Program-made: the position numbers and the translations under genes
NCBI GenBank assembly: GCA_965116885.1
Contig: OZ220741.1
Coordinates: 2,368,001 to 2,432,000 of the forward strand
DNA length: 64,000 nucleotides
Direction: 5' to 3'
DNA from: Candidatus Latescibacterota bacterium
Lineage (GTDB): Bacteria > Latescibacterota > UBA2968
Shown: positions 10,668 through 20,860 of the stretch, piece after piece
How positions within the stretch are numbered: position 1 is the stretch's first letter
Layout of the letters: each line of letters starts with the position of its first letter
The notes under the pieces: model-generated
The model's database searches: none
What the model saw: the letters and a program-made list of their open reading frames with translations, nothing else
Told to the model about the DNA's origin: nothing

Positions 10668-13046
10668 TCAGGGCATGGGTTCTGTAATATTTACAATTTG
10701 TCCTGCGGACAGGTTTTCTACGACCTGCACTGTTCCGCTGGGCCAGATCACTTTTAGTCGGGTTGCGCGGTCGGCGTCTCCCAGGCCAAAATGGATCGTG
10801 TATGGGTCGGTTGACCCGAATCCAACGCTTCCCTGTACTTCCCGGAACAGGGTGCGGTTTCCGACTGTCAGGCGCAATTTCGTTCCCACGCCAAAACGAT
10901 TGCTTTGACGTCCTTGAAGTGTGACCTGTAACCAGCGATTCTGATTTTCCGATTCGTTGCGGTAAAGCGCGTTTTCGAATAGGTCTCCGTGGTACCATCC
11001 GCCTTGCGGTGCATATACGTCCAGGTCGCCATCTGCGTCGTAATCGGCAAATGTGATGCCGTGTCCTTTGCCCAGGTGCCCCATTCCCGCGTATTCGGTC
11101 AGGTCGGTGAATGTCCCGTTCCCGTTGTTGCGATAAAACCGGTTCGGTTCCAGGCGTCCCAGGTCCGGATCTCCCGTCCCGAAGTACACGTCCAGGTACC
11201 CGTCGTTATCCACATCTCCCACATTGCCGCCCATCACGCCGTGGGCATAGATGAATCCCGCTTCGTAGGATACATCTGTGAAGCGCCAGCCTTCGGCCTG
11301 GCCCTCGTTGCGGTATAGCTTGGGCGTTGGATAGGCCGGGTCGGTGGGCGCGGTATAGCCGGTCCGCTGTCCCTCTAAGCTCTCTTTGAATCCGGCGAGG
11401 CAGGTGGTCAGGATGTCCAGGTCGCCGTCGTTGTCGTAGTCGAAGAAGAACGATACATAGCCTCGAAGCGTGCCGCTTCCGGCGACGTTGGAAGCCCGTG
11501 CGACATCGACAAATGTGCCGTCGCCGCGGTTTCGATACAGGGCATTGGGCGTCTCGAAGCCGGTTACAAAGAGGTCCAGGTCGCCGTCTAAGTCGTAATC
11601 GCCAAAGGCTGCGCCCACTGTGCCCAGGTCAAAATGAAGGCCCGCTTCGTCTGTGGTTTCGACAAATGTTCCGTTTCCATTGTTGCGGTAGTGCGCGTTT
11701 GAGGATCCGTCTCCGGCAATGCCATTTGCGATAAATAGATCCAGGTCGCCATCGTTGTCCGTATCGCCCCACAGGGAGACAAATCCCGATCCCCCGTCAT
11801 CTGTGCCCGAAGCTGCGGATACATCGGTGAATTGGCCCCCGTCATTGCGGTAGAGCGCGTTTGGGCCAGGGCCGGACCACCCGCTGCGGGCGATGTAGAG
11901 GTCCAGGTCGCCATCGTTGTCGTAATCGACGAGATTTCCCGAGAATCCCGAATCGACGTCTTTCAGGCCGATCTGATTGCTGATATCCACAAATTGGGTT
12001 CCGTCGTTGCGGTAAAATGCGAGGTACGTGTCGCATCCCTGCGCCAGCAGGTCCAGGTCGCCGTCGCCGTCGATGTCTCCCCAGGCACTCGGTCCGGCTC
12101 CATCCAATTTGGCCACGCCCAGATCGCGGGCTACATCTGTAAAGCGCACGGGCAGGAGGGTGTCTGTGGATTCGGGGCGCTGGTCAAAGCGATAATAGGA
12201 CCACAACGACCAGGGATAACCGCCGAGTTTGTCATAGGCTTGTTTCAAGTTCCACTGGGTGCGGAAAAACCATTCGTCTGTTTCCGGCAGGGCGCGCAGC
12301 AAATTTAAGAATGTTTCGGCTGATTTTCGATACTGTCCCGCGCGGTAATAGGCCACGCCCAGGCGATCCGGTACGCGGAGATCCAGGCGGTCCTTTTGCA
12401 TTTGCATCGCTACGTTCAAGCGTTCAATTGCCGCTTCGTAATCTCCCATTCTCAAAAGGGCGAGGCCAGCCAGATAGCGCGCTTCTGCATCGTTTATGGC
12501 GTTGTCGGATAATTTATCGGCGTGGTGAAATGCGCGTTCCAGCAAGATGCGGGAGTCGTTCAGGGGCAGGATTTGTCCGCTGCTTCCCATTTTCTGATTT
12601 TCAAACCAGATGGTTTCTCCGCCCAGCAAATAGGTGACGTATTCTTTTCTCACGTCCAGCATGAGGGGTTGTTTTATGAGAGCCGCTTCAAATTGCGCTG
12701 CTGCACGGGCGGGTTCCCGCTGTGATCGGTAGAGCCGCGCGAGCCAGGTTCGCGCCTCGACTGCATCCGGATTGCGGGCTACTGCTCGCTCAAATGCGGT
12801 TATCGCTTCGGGGCGGTTTTGGATTGCGAGTACTTTGCCCAGGTGGAGATAGGCCGCGCTTTGCGTCGAGTCGATTTGAATACATCGGCGAAACTCGGCT
12901 TCGGCGGCTTCGTACTGCGCCCGCCGCATGCTTTCTATTCCCTGCTGGAGATGCGTGGTATAATCTATCCGCATGCCCGGAGAAGGTGATCTTTGCTCAC
13001 CGCATCCGATTGACAGGACAATCAGTAGCAGAAGGAGTACAATCAT
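10668..13046 (-). CDS. Lipoprotein with TPR repeats and CRTAC1/ASPIC-UnbV domain
   Basis: Lipobox-like LSIGC, TPRs, many DYDNDGDLDL repeats, C-terminal HFGLG...VIWPSG. Confidence 0.88.
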   Translation of the reverse strand: MIVLLLLLIVLSIGCGEQRSPSPGMRIDYTTHLQQGIESMRRAQYEAAEAEFRRCIQIDSTQSAAYLHLGKVLAIQNRPEAITAFERAVARNPDAVEARTWLARLYRSQREPARAAAQFEAALIKQPLMLDVRKEYVTYLLGGETIWFENQKMGSSGQILPLNDSRILLERAFHHADKLSDNAINDAEARYLAGLALLRMGDYEAAIERLNVAMQMQKDRLDLRVPDRLGVAYYRAGQYRKSAETFLNLLRALPETDEWFFRTQWNLKQAYDKLGGYPWSLWSYYRFDQRPESTDTLLPVRFTDVARDLGVAKLDGAGPSAWGDIDGDGDLDLLAQGCDTYLAFYRNDGTQFVDISNQIGLKDVDSGFSGNLVDYDNDGDLDLYIARSGWSGPGPNALYRNDGGQFTDVSAASGTDDGGSGFVSLWGDTDNDGDLDLFIANGIAGDGSSNAHYRNNGNGTFVETTDEAGLHFDLGTVGAAFGDYDLDGDLDLFVTGFETPNALYRNRGDGTFVDVARASNVAGSGTLRGYVSFFFDYDNDGDLDILTTCLAGFKESLEGQRTGYTAPTDPAYPTPKLYRNEGQAEGWRFTDVSYEAGFIYAHGVMGGNVGDVDNDGYLDVYFGTGDPDLGRLEPNRFYRNNGNGTFTDLTEYAGMGHLGKGHGITFADYDADGDLDVYAPQGGWYHGDLFENALYRNESENQNRWLQVTLQGRQSNRFGVGTKLRLTVGNRTLFREVQGSVGFGSTDPYTIHFGLGDADRATRLKVIWPSGTVQVVENLSAGQIVNITEPMP

Positions 13047-13047
13047 G

Positions 13048-13710
13048 TCAGACCATCCGTCCATCTGCGAGTTTTATCTGGCGGTCTGCTCGATTTGCCA
13101 GATTCAGGTTGTGCGTGGATAGCACGATTGTCACTCCTTCGGTGTGGTTCATATTTCGCAATAATGCCAAAATTTCATTTCCTCGTTTTGAATCCAGGTT
13201 GCCAGTTGGCTCATCTGCGAGCAAGATCTCGGGGTTGTTTACGAGTGCGCGCGCAATGGCTACCCGTTGCTGTTCGCCTCCCGATAGTTCTCGGGGCAGG
13301 TGATCTGATCGGTGCTGCAAATCCACGCGTGCCAGCAAGTCTCTTACCCGATTGCGTTGATGCAGGGCGCGGGAAAAGAGGAGGGGGAGTGCCACATTTT
13401 CTTCGACGGTCAATGTGGGTACCAGGCAATAGTCTTGAAATACGAAGCCCACGTGTTGCCGACGCATGGTTTCCAGGTCTTTGCCGCGCAAAGTACTCAC
13501 GTCTCGATCCAGCAATTTCAAGAGGCCCGATGTGGGGCGGTCCAGACACCCCAGAAGGTTTAACAGGGTTGTTTTTCCCGCGCCCGACGCGCCTGTGATG
13601 GCTACAAATTCGCCGGGTTCTACGATCAGGTCTATACCGGATAACGCCGCGATTTCTTCGGCTGAACGGCGGTATATGCGGGTGAGTCCCTGTGCGAGAA
13701 TAGCCGACAT
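13048..13710 (-). CDS. ABC transporter ATP-binding protein (LolD/MacB type)
   Basis: Walker A GASGAGKT, signature LSGGEQQ, Walker B LLADEPTGNLD. Confidence 0.95.
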   Translation of the reverse strand: MSAILAQGLTRIYRRSAEEIAALSGIDLIVEPGEFVAITGASGAGKTTLLNLLGCLDRPTSGLLKLLDRDVSTLRGKDLETMRRQHVGFVFQDYCLVPTLTVEENVALPLLFSRALHQRNRVRDLLARVDLQHRSDHLPRELSGGEQQRVAIARALVNNPEILLADEPTGNLDSKRGNEILALLRNMNHTEGVTIVLSTHNLNLANRADRQIKLADGRMV

Positions 13711-13711
13711 T

Positions 13712-14881
13712 TCAGCGCATCCACGCAATGGGATGCAGGCGGGAAGCCCGCCACCCCGGTATGGTTCCAGCCAGTATGCCCATGCCTGCTGCCATTGCGA
13801 TCCCGCCGATTAGTAGTATGCCATCAATTTGCACCAGTACGCCTGGGGGGGCAAATGGGAGAATCGCGCGTACGGCTTCAGATGCCAGGCGGCTGCCCAA
13901 TACCGCGATTCCGCCACCTGCTATTCCGCCTATGGTGCAGATTGTCAGTGCCTCTGCACAGATCAATGCAAATACGTCGCCCCGGGATGCGCCAATTGCC
14001 CGCATGACGCCGATTTCTCGCGTTCGTTCAAAGACCGCGATTAGCATGGTATTCATCACGCCGAGTACTGCAATTGCCACGGCTACGATGGCGACTGTTC
14101 CGATGAAAAACCGCGCGGTGCCCAGGAGGTCGAGAAGGGTTCGCTGGACCTGCGCCATGGTGATAACCTGTACCGAGGGTATTTCGAATACGCGTTCCGA
14201 AAATCCGTCTATTCTGGACAGGTCTTTTAATTTTACGCCGATGCCCGTGAGTTTTTCTTTTTTGTCGAAGAGGCGCTGCGCTACCCCAAGTGGGACGAAG
14301 ATGGTGCCGTCGTCCTGCGTTCCGCTGCGGTCAAAAATCCCGCGTACGCGGAATGTTTGTCCCAGTCCTTTGAGCGGAAAGTCATCCCCGATGTTTTTTC
14401 GATAATACGCCGCTACGCTGTATCCCAGTATGACCTCGTCGGTCGCGCTTTCGTTGAACCACTCGCCCCGCTGGAAGGTTAGCCAGGGTTTCATTTCCAG
14501 AAAGCTGTTTTCTATTCCCGTTATCAGGGAAAATCCCTCCCGGTGTACGGGAAGCGATCCGAGAAATAACCGGGTCGTGGTCGCTACATCGGCGTCTCGA
14601 AGGATTTCACGGTGGATGGCTTCGTCCATGTACATCGGTATTACCCCACCTTGCATCAGCAGGGTCGCGGCTTCGTAGGGGCATCCTTTTGAGGTGACCA
14701 GTACGTGATAACCCAGGCGGTCAATGCTGTGGATGAGGGATGTGCGGTATCCGGTTCCCAGGCCCAGGAGGCTGACCAGGACGCATACGGATAGGGCCAC
14801 GCCGCTTATGGTCAACGCGCTTCGCGTGCGGTGTCGGCGCAGTTCTTTCAGGACGACGCTTATAAATTGAAAAATGACCAA
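13712..14881 (-). CDS. ABC transporter permease (MacB-PCD/FtsX type)
   Basis: N-terminal TM, periplasmic domain, then ERTREIGVMRAIGA and 3 C-terminal TMs. Confidence 0.92.
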   Translation of the reverse strand: MVIFQFISVVLKELRRHRTRSALTISGVALSVCVLVSLLGLGTGYRTSLIHSIDRLGYHVLVTSKGCPYEAATLLMQGGVIPMYMDEAIHREILRDADVATTTRLFLGSLPVHREGFSLITGIENSFLEMKPWLTFQRGEWFNESATDEVILGYSVAAYYRKNIGDDFPLKGLGQTFRVRGIFDRSGTQDDGTIFVPLGVAQRLFDKKEKLTGIGVKLKDLSRIDGFSERVFEIPSVQVITMAQVQRTLLDLLGTARFFIGTVAIVAVAIAVLGVMNTMLIAVFERTREIGVMRAIGASRGDVFALICAEALTICTIGGIAGGGIAVLGSRLASEAVRAILPFAPPGVLVQIDGILLIGGIAMAAGMGILAGTIPGWRASRLHPIAWMR

Positions 14882-15276
14882 ATCTTTGTCCTTTTGCGAT
14901 GGATTTCTACGCCTTTTCCCATCAGGCGCAGATCGCCTGCGATGCGTTTTACGACGCCTACGACGCGCAGGGAGTCGCCAGAGATATTGCGGGGGACGGT
15001 TATGGTCCGTCCCTGTTCCAGGTCAATCAGTATATGTTGCGTGCTGTCTTGTAGTACGAACCAGCATCCCATGTGCTGGCATACCTGTCCCACGCGGCCC
15101 GATAGCACGACTCGCTGGTCGAGAAATGCGGCTGGACGATCCTGGATTTCTTTGATCCGGGTCGCGCGATTGGCGGGTACGGCTTCGCCCACTTGATGTA
15201 TTTTCGCGGAATCGCATCCGATTATCAGGATTAGTATTATCAGGTATATCTTCAGTTTTTGCGTGACGTCTGCCAT
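14860..15276 (-). CDS. Small OB-fold lipoprotein (DUF4920-like)
   Basis: Lipobox IIGC; G.V..VCQHMGCWF motif. Confidence 0.65.
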   Translation of the reverse strand: MADVTQKLKIYLIILILIIGCDSAKIHQVGEAVPANRATRIKEIQDRPAAFLDQRVVLSGRVGQVCQHMGCWFVLQDSTQHILIDLEQGRTITVPRNISGDSLRVVGVVKRIAGDLRLMGKGVEIHRKRTKIWSFFNL

Positions 15277-15343
15277 AAGAGATGATATTTTGTTTGTGGG
15301 ATAAAATCAAGGGATTCTCCCATCTGTTTTCTGTGACGGGAAT

Positions 15344-17182
15344 ATGCCGATGAAAAAAATGATATGGGTTCTTATAGCCGGTGCCTGTCTGGCGTGCAAG
15401 CCCTCTCAACCCGATGTCTCCACGGAGTTTGTCGGCGTACATCGCTGTGTGGGTTGCCACATGGAAGCGTATCAAAAGTGGCAGCGCACGACCCATGCGA
15501 CCTCTATGCAAGAAGCGACGCCACAGACTGTTAAGGGCGATTTCACAAAAAATAACGCTTATACTTTTGGCGGTGTTACCTCGACGATGAGCCTTCAAAA
15601 TGGTCGCTATTTTATTACGACGCCGGGGGCCGATGGGGCGCAAGGTACTCACGAGGTGCTATACACGATTGGCGACCGGGATACGCAGTGGTACATCGCT
15701 GAGCTTCCCGGAGGCCATTTGCAGATTCTTCCGGTTTATTTCGATGTTCGCAGAAATACCTGGTACAATCCCGTTGAAGGTATTATTGCCTCGCCGTCCG
15801 AACGGCCTTTAGATCCTGGCGATATCTCGTTCTGGATGCATTTTGGGCGCAATTGGAGCGCGCAGTGTTTTGACTGCCACGCCAGTCAGATTGCGGTCAA
15901 TTACGATCCCGATGCGGGTACTTATGATTCCCGCTGGGTAGATTTGAGTATCAATTGCGAGACCTGCCACGGTCCCGGGCAGGGCCATGTCGCGTTTTGG
16001 GAGAGAGCGCTGACAGATGCCGATGCTGCCGGTATGCAGGATACTTCGCTGGTGAATTTGAGAACGCTTTCCTCAGAACAATCCGTAGAGCTTTGCGCGC
16101 AGTGCCACGCGACGAAGCGCATTTTGAAACTGGGCTATCGGCCCGGCGACAATTTTTACGATTTTTACGAACCTGTTGTTCTGGATTTTGAAGGTATGTG
16201 GCCGGATGGTCGCTACCGACATCTCGCGTATAATTATACGGCGCTCACGCTCAGCCCCTGTTATACAGAGGGCGGGGTGACGTGTTTGACGTGTCATCCG
16301 TCTCATGGTCCGGAGGTGAAAAAGAAGACAAGGGCAGATTTCGACGGTATATGTATGCAGTGTCATCGGGATATAAAGCCACGCGAACACAGCCGCCACG
16401 AGCAGTACATCGCCTGTGTAGATTGCCATATGCCCCCGATTCCAGAAGTGCGCCGGGTGCGCGTGTTTGATCACCGCATTGCATCCCCAGTTCCGGCGAA
16501 TACGGTGCGTTTTGGCATTCCAAATGCCTGCGGTGAATGCCACGGGGACCGCACGCCCGAATGGGCTGTGGAAAAGACAGAAGCCTGGTGGGGGAAACAG
16601 GATGATTATCTTTTGCAAACGGCGGCTGTTGCACTGGGGCGACAGGGCAATCCGATGGCTGTGTCTCCTCTGAAAGACGAGTTGCTCGATCTGTCCAATA
16701 ATCCCACGCGGCGGGCTTCTGCTGCTTTGCTGCTGGGACGTACCCGATCCTCGCAGGCTGTTTCTGCGCTCCTCAACGCTTTGAAAGATCCGCATCCGCT
16801 CATCCGCGCAAAGGCGGTAGAAGGTCTGGGCCTCATCGGTCAGGCGCGGGTTGTGCCCGCGCTGGTTCCATTGTTAGATGATCCGGTTCGGCTCGTGCGG
16901 TTTGCCCTCGTGCCAGCTATTGAAAATCTGGGTGCATACCATCTCACGGGCCAGGACTACGAGCGCTATGAGGCCATTTTTGCCGAGTACGAGCAGGCGA
17001 GCAAAGAGGTTTGGGCGACTGATCCTTATGTGCATGCGTTTCTCGGATGGGCTTATGTGAGGCGGGGGAATACGGAATTGGCCCAGCGCGCTTTCCAGCG
17101 GGCGTTGCGGATTTGGCCCGGTATTGAGGACGCGGCCAGAGGACTGGCGCAGATACATAACGCAGAAAAAAACGACCGATGA
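15344..17182 (+). CDS. Multiheme c-type cytochrome lipoprotein with HEAT repeats and C-terminal TPR
   Basis: Eight CxxCH motifs (CVGCH, CFDCH, CETCH, CAQCH, CLTCH, CMQCH, CVDCH, CGECH); HEAT-like LKDPHPLIRAKAVEGLG; lipobox CLAC. Confidence 0.9.
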   Translation: MPMKKMIWVLIAGACLACKPSQPDVSTEFVGVHRCVGCHMEAYQKWQRTTHATSMQEATPQTVKGDFTKNNAYTFGGVTSTMSLQNGRYFITTPGADGAQGTHEVLYTIGDRDTQWYIAELPGGHLQILPVYFDVRRNTWYNPVEGIIASPSERPLDPGDISFWMHFGRNWSAQCFDCHASQIAVNYDPDAGTYDSRWVDLSINCETCHGPGQGHVAFWERALTDADAAGMQDTSLVNLRTLSSEQSVELCAQCHATKRILKLGYRPGDNFYDFYEPVVLDFEGMWPDGRYRHLAYNYTALTLSPCYTEGGVTCLTCHPSHGPEVKKKTRADFDGICMQCHRDIKPREHSRHEQYIACVDCHMPPIPEVRRVRVFDHRIASPVPANTVRFGIPNACGECHGDRTPEWAVEKTEAWWGKQDDYLLQTAAVALGRQGNPMAVSPLKDELLDLSNNPTRRASAALLLGRTRSSQAVSALLNALKDPHPLIRAKAVEGLGLIGQARVVPALVPLLDDPVRLVRFALVPAIENLGAYHLTGQDYERYEAIFAEYEQASKEVWATDPYVHAFLGWAYVRRGNTELAQRAFQRALRIWPGIEDAARGLAQIHNAEKNDR

Positions 17183-17211
17183 GTAGAAAAACCCACCGGT
17201 CGTTTTTTTTT
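17166..17211. terminator. Bidirectional intrinsic terminator
   Basis: A7-CGACCG...CGGTCG-T9 hairpin between convergent genes. Confidence 0.8.
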
Positions 17212-17226
17212 ATTTTGGAACGTCCA

Positions 17227-18240
17227 TTAGAACGATCCGGTTATGGATACGCGCAGGGGCGGATCAAATAAATGGCCGAAACTTATATATGCAAAATCGA
17301 CGCCGATCTTCCGTCCCACGCCCAGATCCTTTTGGACGCCGCCGCCGAGTGTCCAGGTGCCCAGGTCGTAACGCCCCCGGTAACCGGCTCGCAGTGCCAG
17401 CGTGTTGGCTACCCACAATTCGCCGCCCACATGCCAGCGCTCGCGGTCGTCAATGTGGTGTACGAGTTCGGCTGCTACGGTTAGATATGTGGGGTCTCCC
17501 TTGCGCCCATAAGGCTCCATTGCCAGAGCGATGGTGTAGATCAAGGGCTGGGCAATCGAAGTGCCCTGTGGGAGAGAACCGGGAATCACGAGTTCCTGGT
17601 CTTTGCCGAAGTTGCGAAGCGTCATGGCCAGGCGCGAACTGCCAAATCCGGTGTAAAAAACACTGGAAAAATCAAACGAGGCACTGTTGATCTTGTCCTG
17701 GTCTAATGTCTCTTGAATCCACTTTACAGACGCACCCAGCGACAATTTATCGGTCATCTTGTACGCATAACCGAAGTTTATAAAAATATCGCCGGCCGAT
17801 ATATCCCGCGTGAAGCGCCCTTGCGGATCCAGAGGCGTGGTCTCTCGGGAGGTGCCAGCGTCAAACTGAATGACCGACAGCCCAAAGGTCTGTTGGCCGT
17901 ATCGCCAGGCGACCGCACCGTTGAAAAATTTCGAATCTACCATCCAGCGCGTATATCCCAGGGCATATTCGAATCGCTCAATGTGGGTCAATGCCGCCGT
18001 GTTCCAGAACATCGCATTGATGTCGTCGGCTGCGGCTGTAAACGCATCGCCCATTGCGGCTGCCCGCGCGCTCTGCCCCACCTTCAATGCGTGGAACGAA
18101 GCTCGCCCGGTTCCGTGGAACTCTTTTGTTCGGTGCTGACCCGCGCGCACGCCGGACGGCAACTGATAATTTTGTGCCCAGGCGTCTGACCCCAAAAGCC
18201 CGACGGCCAGGAGCATCGTATAAATAGTTAATCGTTTCAC
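17227..18240 (-). CDS. PorV/PorQ family outer-membrane beta-barrel protein
   Basis: Signal peptide; ARAAAMGDAFTAAADDINAMFWNTAAL motif; beta-strand pattern ending in F. Confidence 0.85.
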   Translation of the reverse strand: MKRLTIYTMLLAVGLLGSDAWAQNYQLPSGVRAGQHRTKEFHGTGRASFHALKVGQSARAAAMGDAFTAAADDINAMFWNTAALTHIERFEYALGYTRWMVDSKFFNGAVAWRYGQQTFGLSVIQFDAGTSRETTPLDPQGRFTRDISAGDIFINFGYAYKMTDKLSLGASVKWIQETLDQDKINSASFDFSSVFYTGFGSSRLAMTLRNFGKDQELVIPGSLPQGTSIAQPLIYTIALAMEPYGRKGDPTYLTVAAELVHHIDDRERWHVGGELWVANTLALRAGYRGRYDLGTWTLGGGVQKDLGVGRKIGVDFAYISFGHLFDPPLRVSITGSF

Positions 18241-18263
18241 ATCTACTCTCCTTTGTGTGTAGA

Positions 18264-18290
18264 AGGGCGGAACAGAGTGCCCGCCCCTCC
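18264..18290. repeat. REP-like intergenic hairpin
   Basis: GGGCGG-aacagagtgc-CCGCCC; reverse strand reads GGAGGGGCGG..., similar to the GTAG REP-like element at 62070. Confidence 0.4.
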
Positions 18291-18298
18291 CGTCGGTC

Positions 18299-20797
18299 TT
18301 ACTGGATAATCAGAAAACTGCCCGTTTGAACCTTGCCTTCTTGTCCGGGTACCAGCGATTCTACGGCGAAGAAGTAAATCCCCGGAGACGCATACGACGT
18401 GCCAGAACGCGCCCGTTGAGACCAGCTCACTTCTGCCGTGTGCTGCGCGCCGCGCGTCCCATCGTGTACTATTTCCATAACCAGGTCTCCCGCAGCCGTG
18501 AAAATCGAGATGCGGGCCAGACGCGGCAGGTTGGTAAACCGCATGCGCTTGTTGTTGTCGCCCTGTGCGCCAAAGGAATGCATTCCGTCGTCCTTCCACG
18601 GATTTGGCACCACGAGCACTTTTTCTTCGAGAGCGTCGAATCCGTCTGAGGCTGCCACAACAGGCGTAAACTGACCGCCGCTTGTATTGTGCCGCGCGGC
18701 CGTCACTATATGGCTGGACTCGGTTCCCTCACGGATGTGGTTTTGAACCACGGGGGGCAGATCTGCAAGTGTTGTCGGGACGGGCATTTGCGCGCCTGGA
18801 ATCGCATTTTTCTGCGCATTCATGTTCTCCCAGTTCGCGTGCCCATTGGCATAGGTTACGATATTGTACCGATACCCAAATCCCGTAACAGAGTTTTCAT
18901 CGGCAAAAGTATAAAGCCCGGTTGATGAATCGTAATAACTCGGGTCCTTGGCCTGAATTGTGGCGATCAGATTCCACGGGCCTGAAGGCGCGCCAGCATG
19001 CTGCACGGGATCCGTCTGGATCAGCGCCGTGTTCCCGTAAATTTTGTAACCGGCGACATCCTGCGCCTCGCCGCCAGAATAATCCGGGTGTACCGCATCG
19101 TCGGCACCATCGCTCCAGGACAGTTCCACGTTCCCATTTGCATTGCTGCGAAGCAAAACAGCGCGGTCGGTTTCGGCGCGAGAAATTGATTCCACATCTG
19201 GCGGTTGATTGGGCAGGTCAAACCCCATTGCGTACAATTGACGCGCGCGATCGATGTGGTTGAACAAAATATCCTCACCGCCGGGTACCTGCCCCTGCGC
19301 GCCTGGCGTCATTGCCCACAGCCGAAAGTCCATCGGCTCACCACCCGGACCCGCATTTTCGGCGGCCATACCCGCGGCAAAAACCACCACGATTTTTGCC
19401 TTGTCGCCCGGTGCCAATTTCCAGGGACCGAACATTTGCGAGTGCAGTTGTTCCTGCAATTCTCGCTCATCGGGATTTGGGCCACCTTCAACCGGGTTGT
19501 CGTCATAGGGCTTGCCCGGGGTGATGAATTTCTTCCACAACTCTTCAACCGTATCAATTGTCTCATGCGGCTCAAACTCGATATTCGTACGGCTTCGGCG
19601 TTTCCACCAGTGCGCATACGCAGGCTGACTGTTGGGAATATCCTCGCCTCCCATCGCCGTACCCGTAATCGGCACATAGTCTTCCGGGTCGTTGATAAAG
19701 GGCGGTGTCACATCTACAGGTCCCCAGCCTATGTATTGCGGCGAATACAATTCTTGCTCTGCTCGATACCCGATCACGCCAATGGCTTCGGCGCCGAACC
19801 GGGGTTCGCCCATGTCGTTATTTGAACTGGTAGGCGCATCGCCATCGTATTGATACGATACCTTCTTACCGCGGTATTTCCCACCGTAATTGGCGGACTC
19901 GGTAAACTGATACCGGTCGTCTTCCAGCCGACGCCCCGGTTCGGAAAACCAGTAGCCGTTCCACTTGCGATAGGAGTGCCCGGGTTTGTTCACGCTGAAA
20001 TAGTTCAAGTACCCCATATACACTTCTTCATAGGACCTGTCTGAGGTATTCTCTACGACCAGTTCTACAAAAAAGAAATCGTCGTAATCCGGATGGCTCC
20101 ATCCATACGCTGTCCGCGTCATTGTCATGCCGGTCCCATCTGGCTCGATATTCGTGTTGCTGCGCCATCTCGTAATCACGGTTTCTTCTGGAAAGTGATC
20201 GAACTGGGGCAGCGTATATGACCCGTTCTCGCGGTAGTTATCCACTTCCACAGGCTCGTCGGAAATCGGCTTGGATTGCTCGGTAATCCCGCCGCGGTCC
20301 GTGTTGAACCACACGTTGGCGTCCTGGGTGTCAAATCCCAGTCGGGCGGCTACGATCGGCGGATCTTGCCCGTTTCGCAAGCGCATATTGCCCGATCCAG
20401 GCGTCAGGTCTGGAACTACCTGCTCCACATCTCCAGTGTTCGACACTGGTCCCGAGGATGTGACATAGGTATTTCCATTCGCATCCCGCGCGAGTATCCA
20501 CACCCCCTGGCCCTTCGAGTTGTCGTAGTCCTGGTCTCGACCGCCGAAACTGCCCGATGTCGAAGATCCCGTATAAATATACGGATATGTCATGGAAGCG
20601 TTTTCCCGCGCCACATATCCTTCCGACCCCAGGGCAAATGTCCCGCCCTGCTGTCCTGTGTTGCGAAACGATTCCGACAGCTTTGACCGGTCAATCTGTT
20701 TCATTGGCACTGGCTCATCCACCGCCTGAACCCCTGTCACAAATAGTCCAGTCAGAAAAATGCCCGCAAGCGCCTTACCAATCATTTGTCTAAACAT
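18299..20797 (-). CDS. Large secreted protein with T9SS-like C-terminal sorting domain
   Basis: Signal peptide; FN3-like segment; C-terminal VLVVPNPW...RFTNLP..ARISIFTAAGDLV...SPGIYFF; located between a TonB receptor and a PorV-like gene. Confidence 0.75.
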   Translation of the reverse strand: MFRQMIGKALAGIFLTGLFVTGVQAVDEPVPMKQIDRSKLSESFRNTGQQGGTFALGSEGYVARENASMTYPYIYTGSSTSGSFGGRDQDYDNSKGQGVWILARDANGNTYVTSSGPVSNTGDVEQVVPDLTPGSGNMRLRNGQDPPIVAARLGFDTQDANVWFNTDRGGITEQSKPISDEPVEVDNYRENGSYTLPQFDHFPEETVITRWRSNTNIEPDGTGMTMTRTAYGWSHPDYDDFFFVELVVENTSDRSYEEVYMGYLNYFSVNKPGHSYRKWNGYWFSEPGRRLEDDRYQFTESANYGGKYRGKKVSYQYDGDAPTSSNNDMGEPRFGAEAIGVIGYRAEQELYSPQYIGWGPVDVTPPFINDPEDYVPITGTAMGGEDIPNSQPAYAHWWKRRSRTNIEFEPHETIDTVEELWKKFITPGKPYDDNPVEGGPNPDERELQEQLHSQMFGPWKLAPGDKAKIVVVFAAGMAAENAGPGGEPMDFRLWAMTPGAQGQVPGGEDILFNHIDRARQLYAMGFDLPNQPPDVESISRAETDRAVLLRSNANGNVELSWSDGADDAVHPDYSGGEAQDVAGYKIYGNTALIQTDPVQHAGAPSGPWNLIATIQAKDPSYYDSSTGLYTFADENSVTGFGYRYNIVTYANGHANWENMNAQKNAIPGAQMPVPTTLADLPPVVQNHIREGTESSHIVTAARHNTSGGQFTPVVAASDGFDALEEKVLVVPNPWKDDGMHSFGAQGDNNKRMRFTNLPRLARISIFTAAGDLVMEIVHDGTRGAQHTAEVSWSQRARSGTSYASPGIYFFAVESLVPGQEGKVQTGSFLIIQ

Positions 20798-20822
20798 AAA
20801 TTCACTCCTTATAGAGGCGCCA

Positions 20823-20854
20823 GGATCGGGGAACCTGTTCTGATTCCCCGATCC
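20823..20854. other. Intergenic stem-loop within the operon
   Basis: GGATCGGGGAA-N10-TTCCCCGATCC, perfect 11-bp stem directly after the TonB receptor stop codon. Confidence 0.7.
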
Positions 20855-20860
20855 ACCGGT

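Noticed and set aside
7078..13046. Recurrent GATGGCGAT-type DNA motifs
   Set aside because: They encode protein-level FG-GAP DxDGDGD repeats and are not independent DNA elements.
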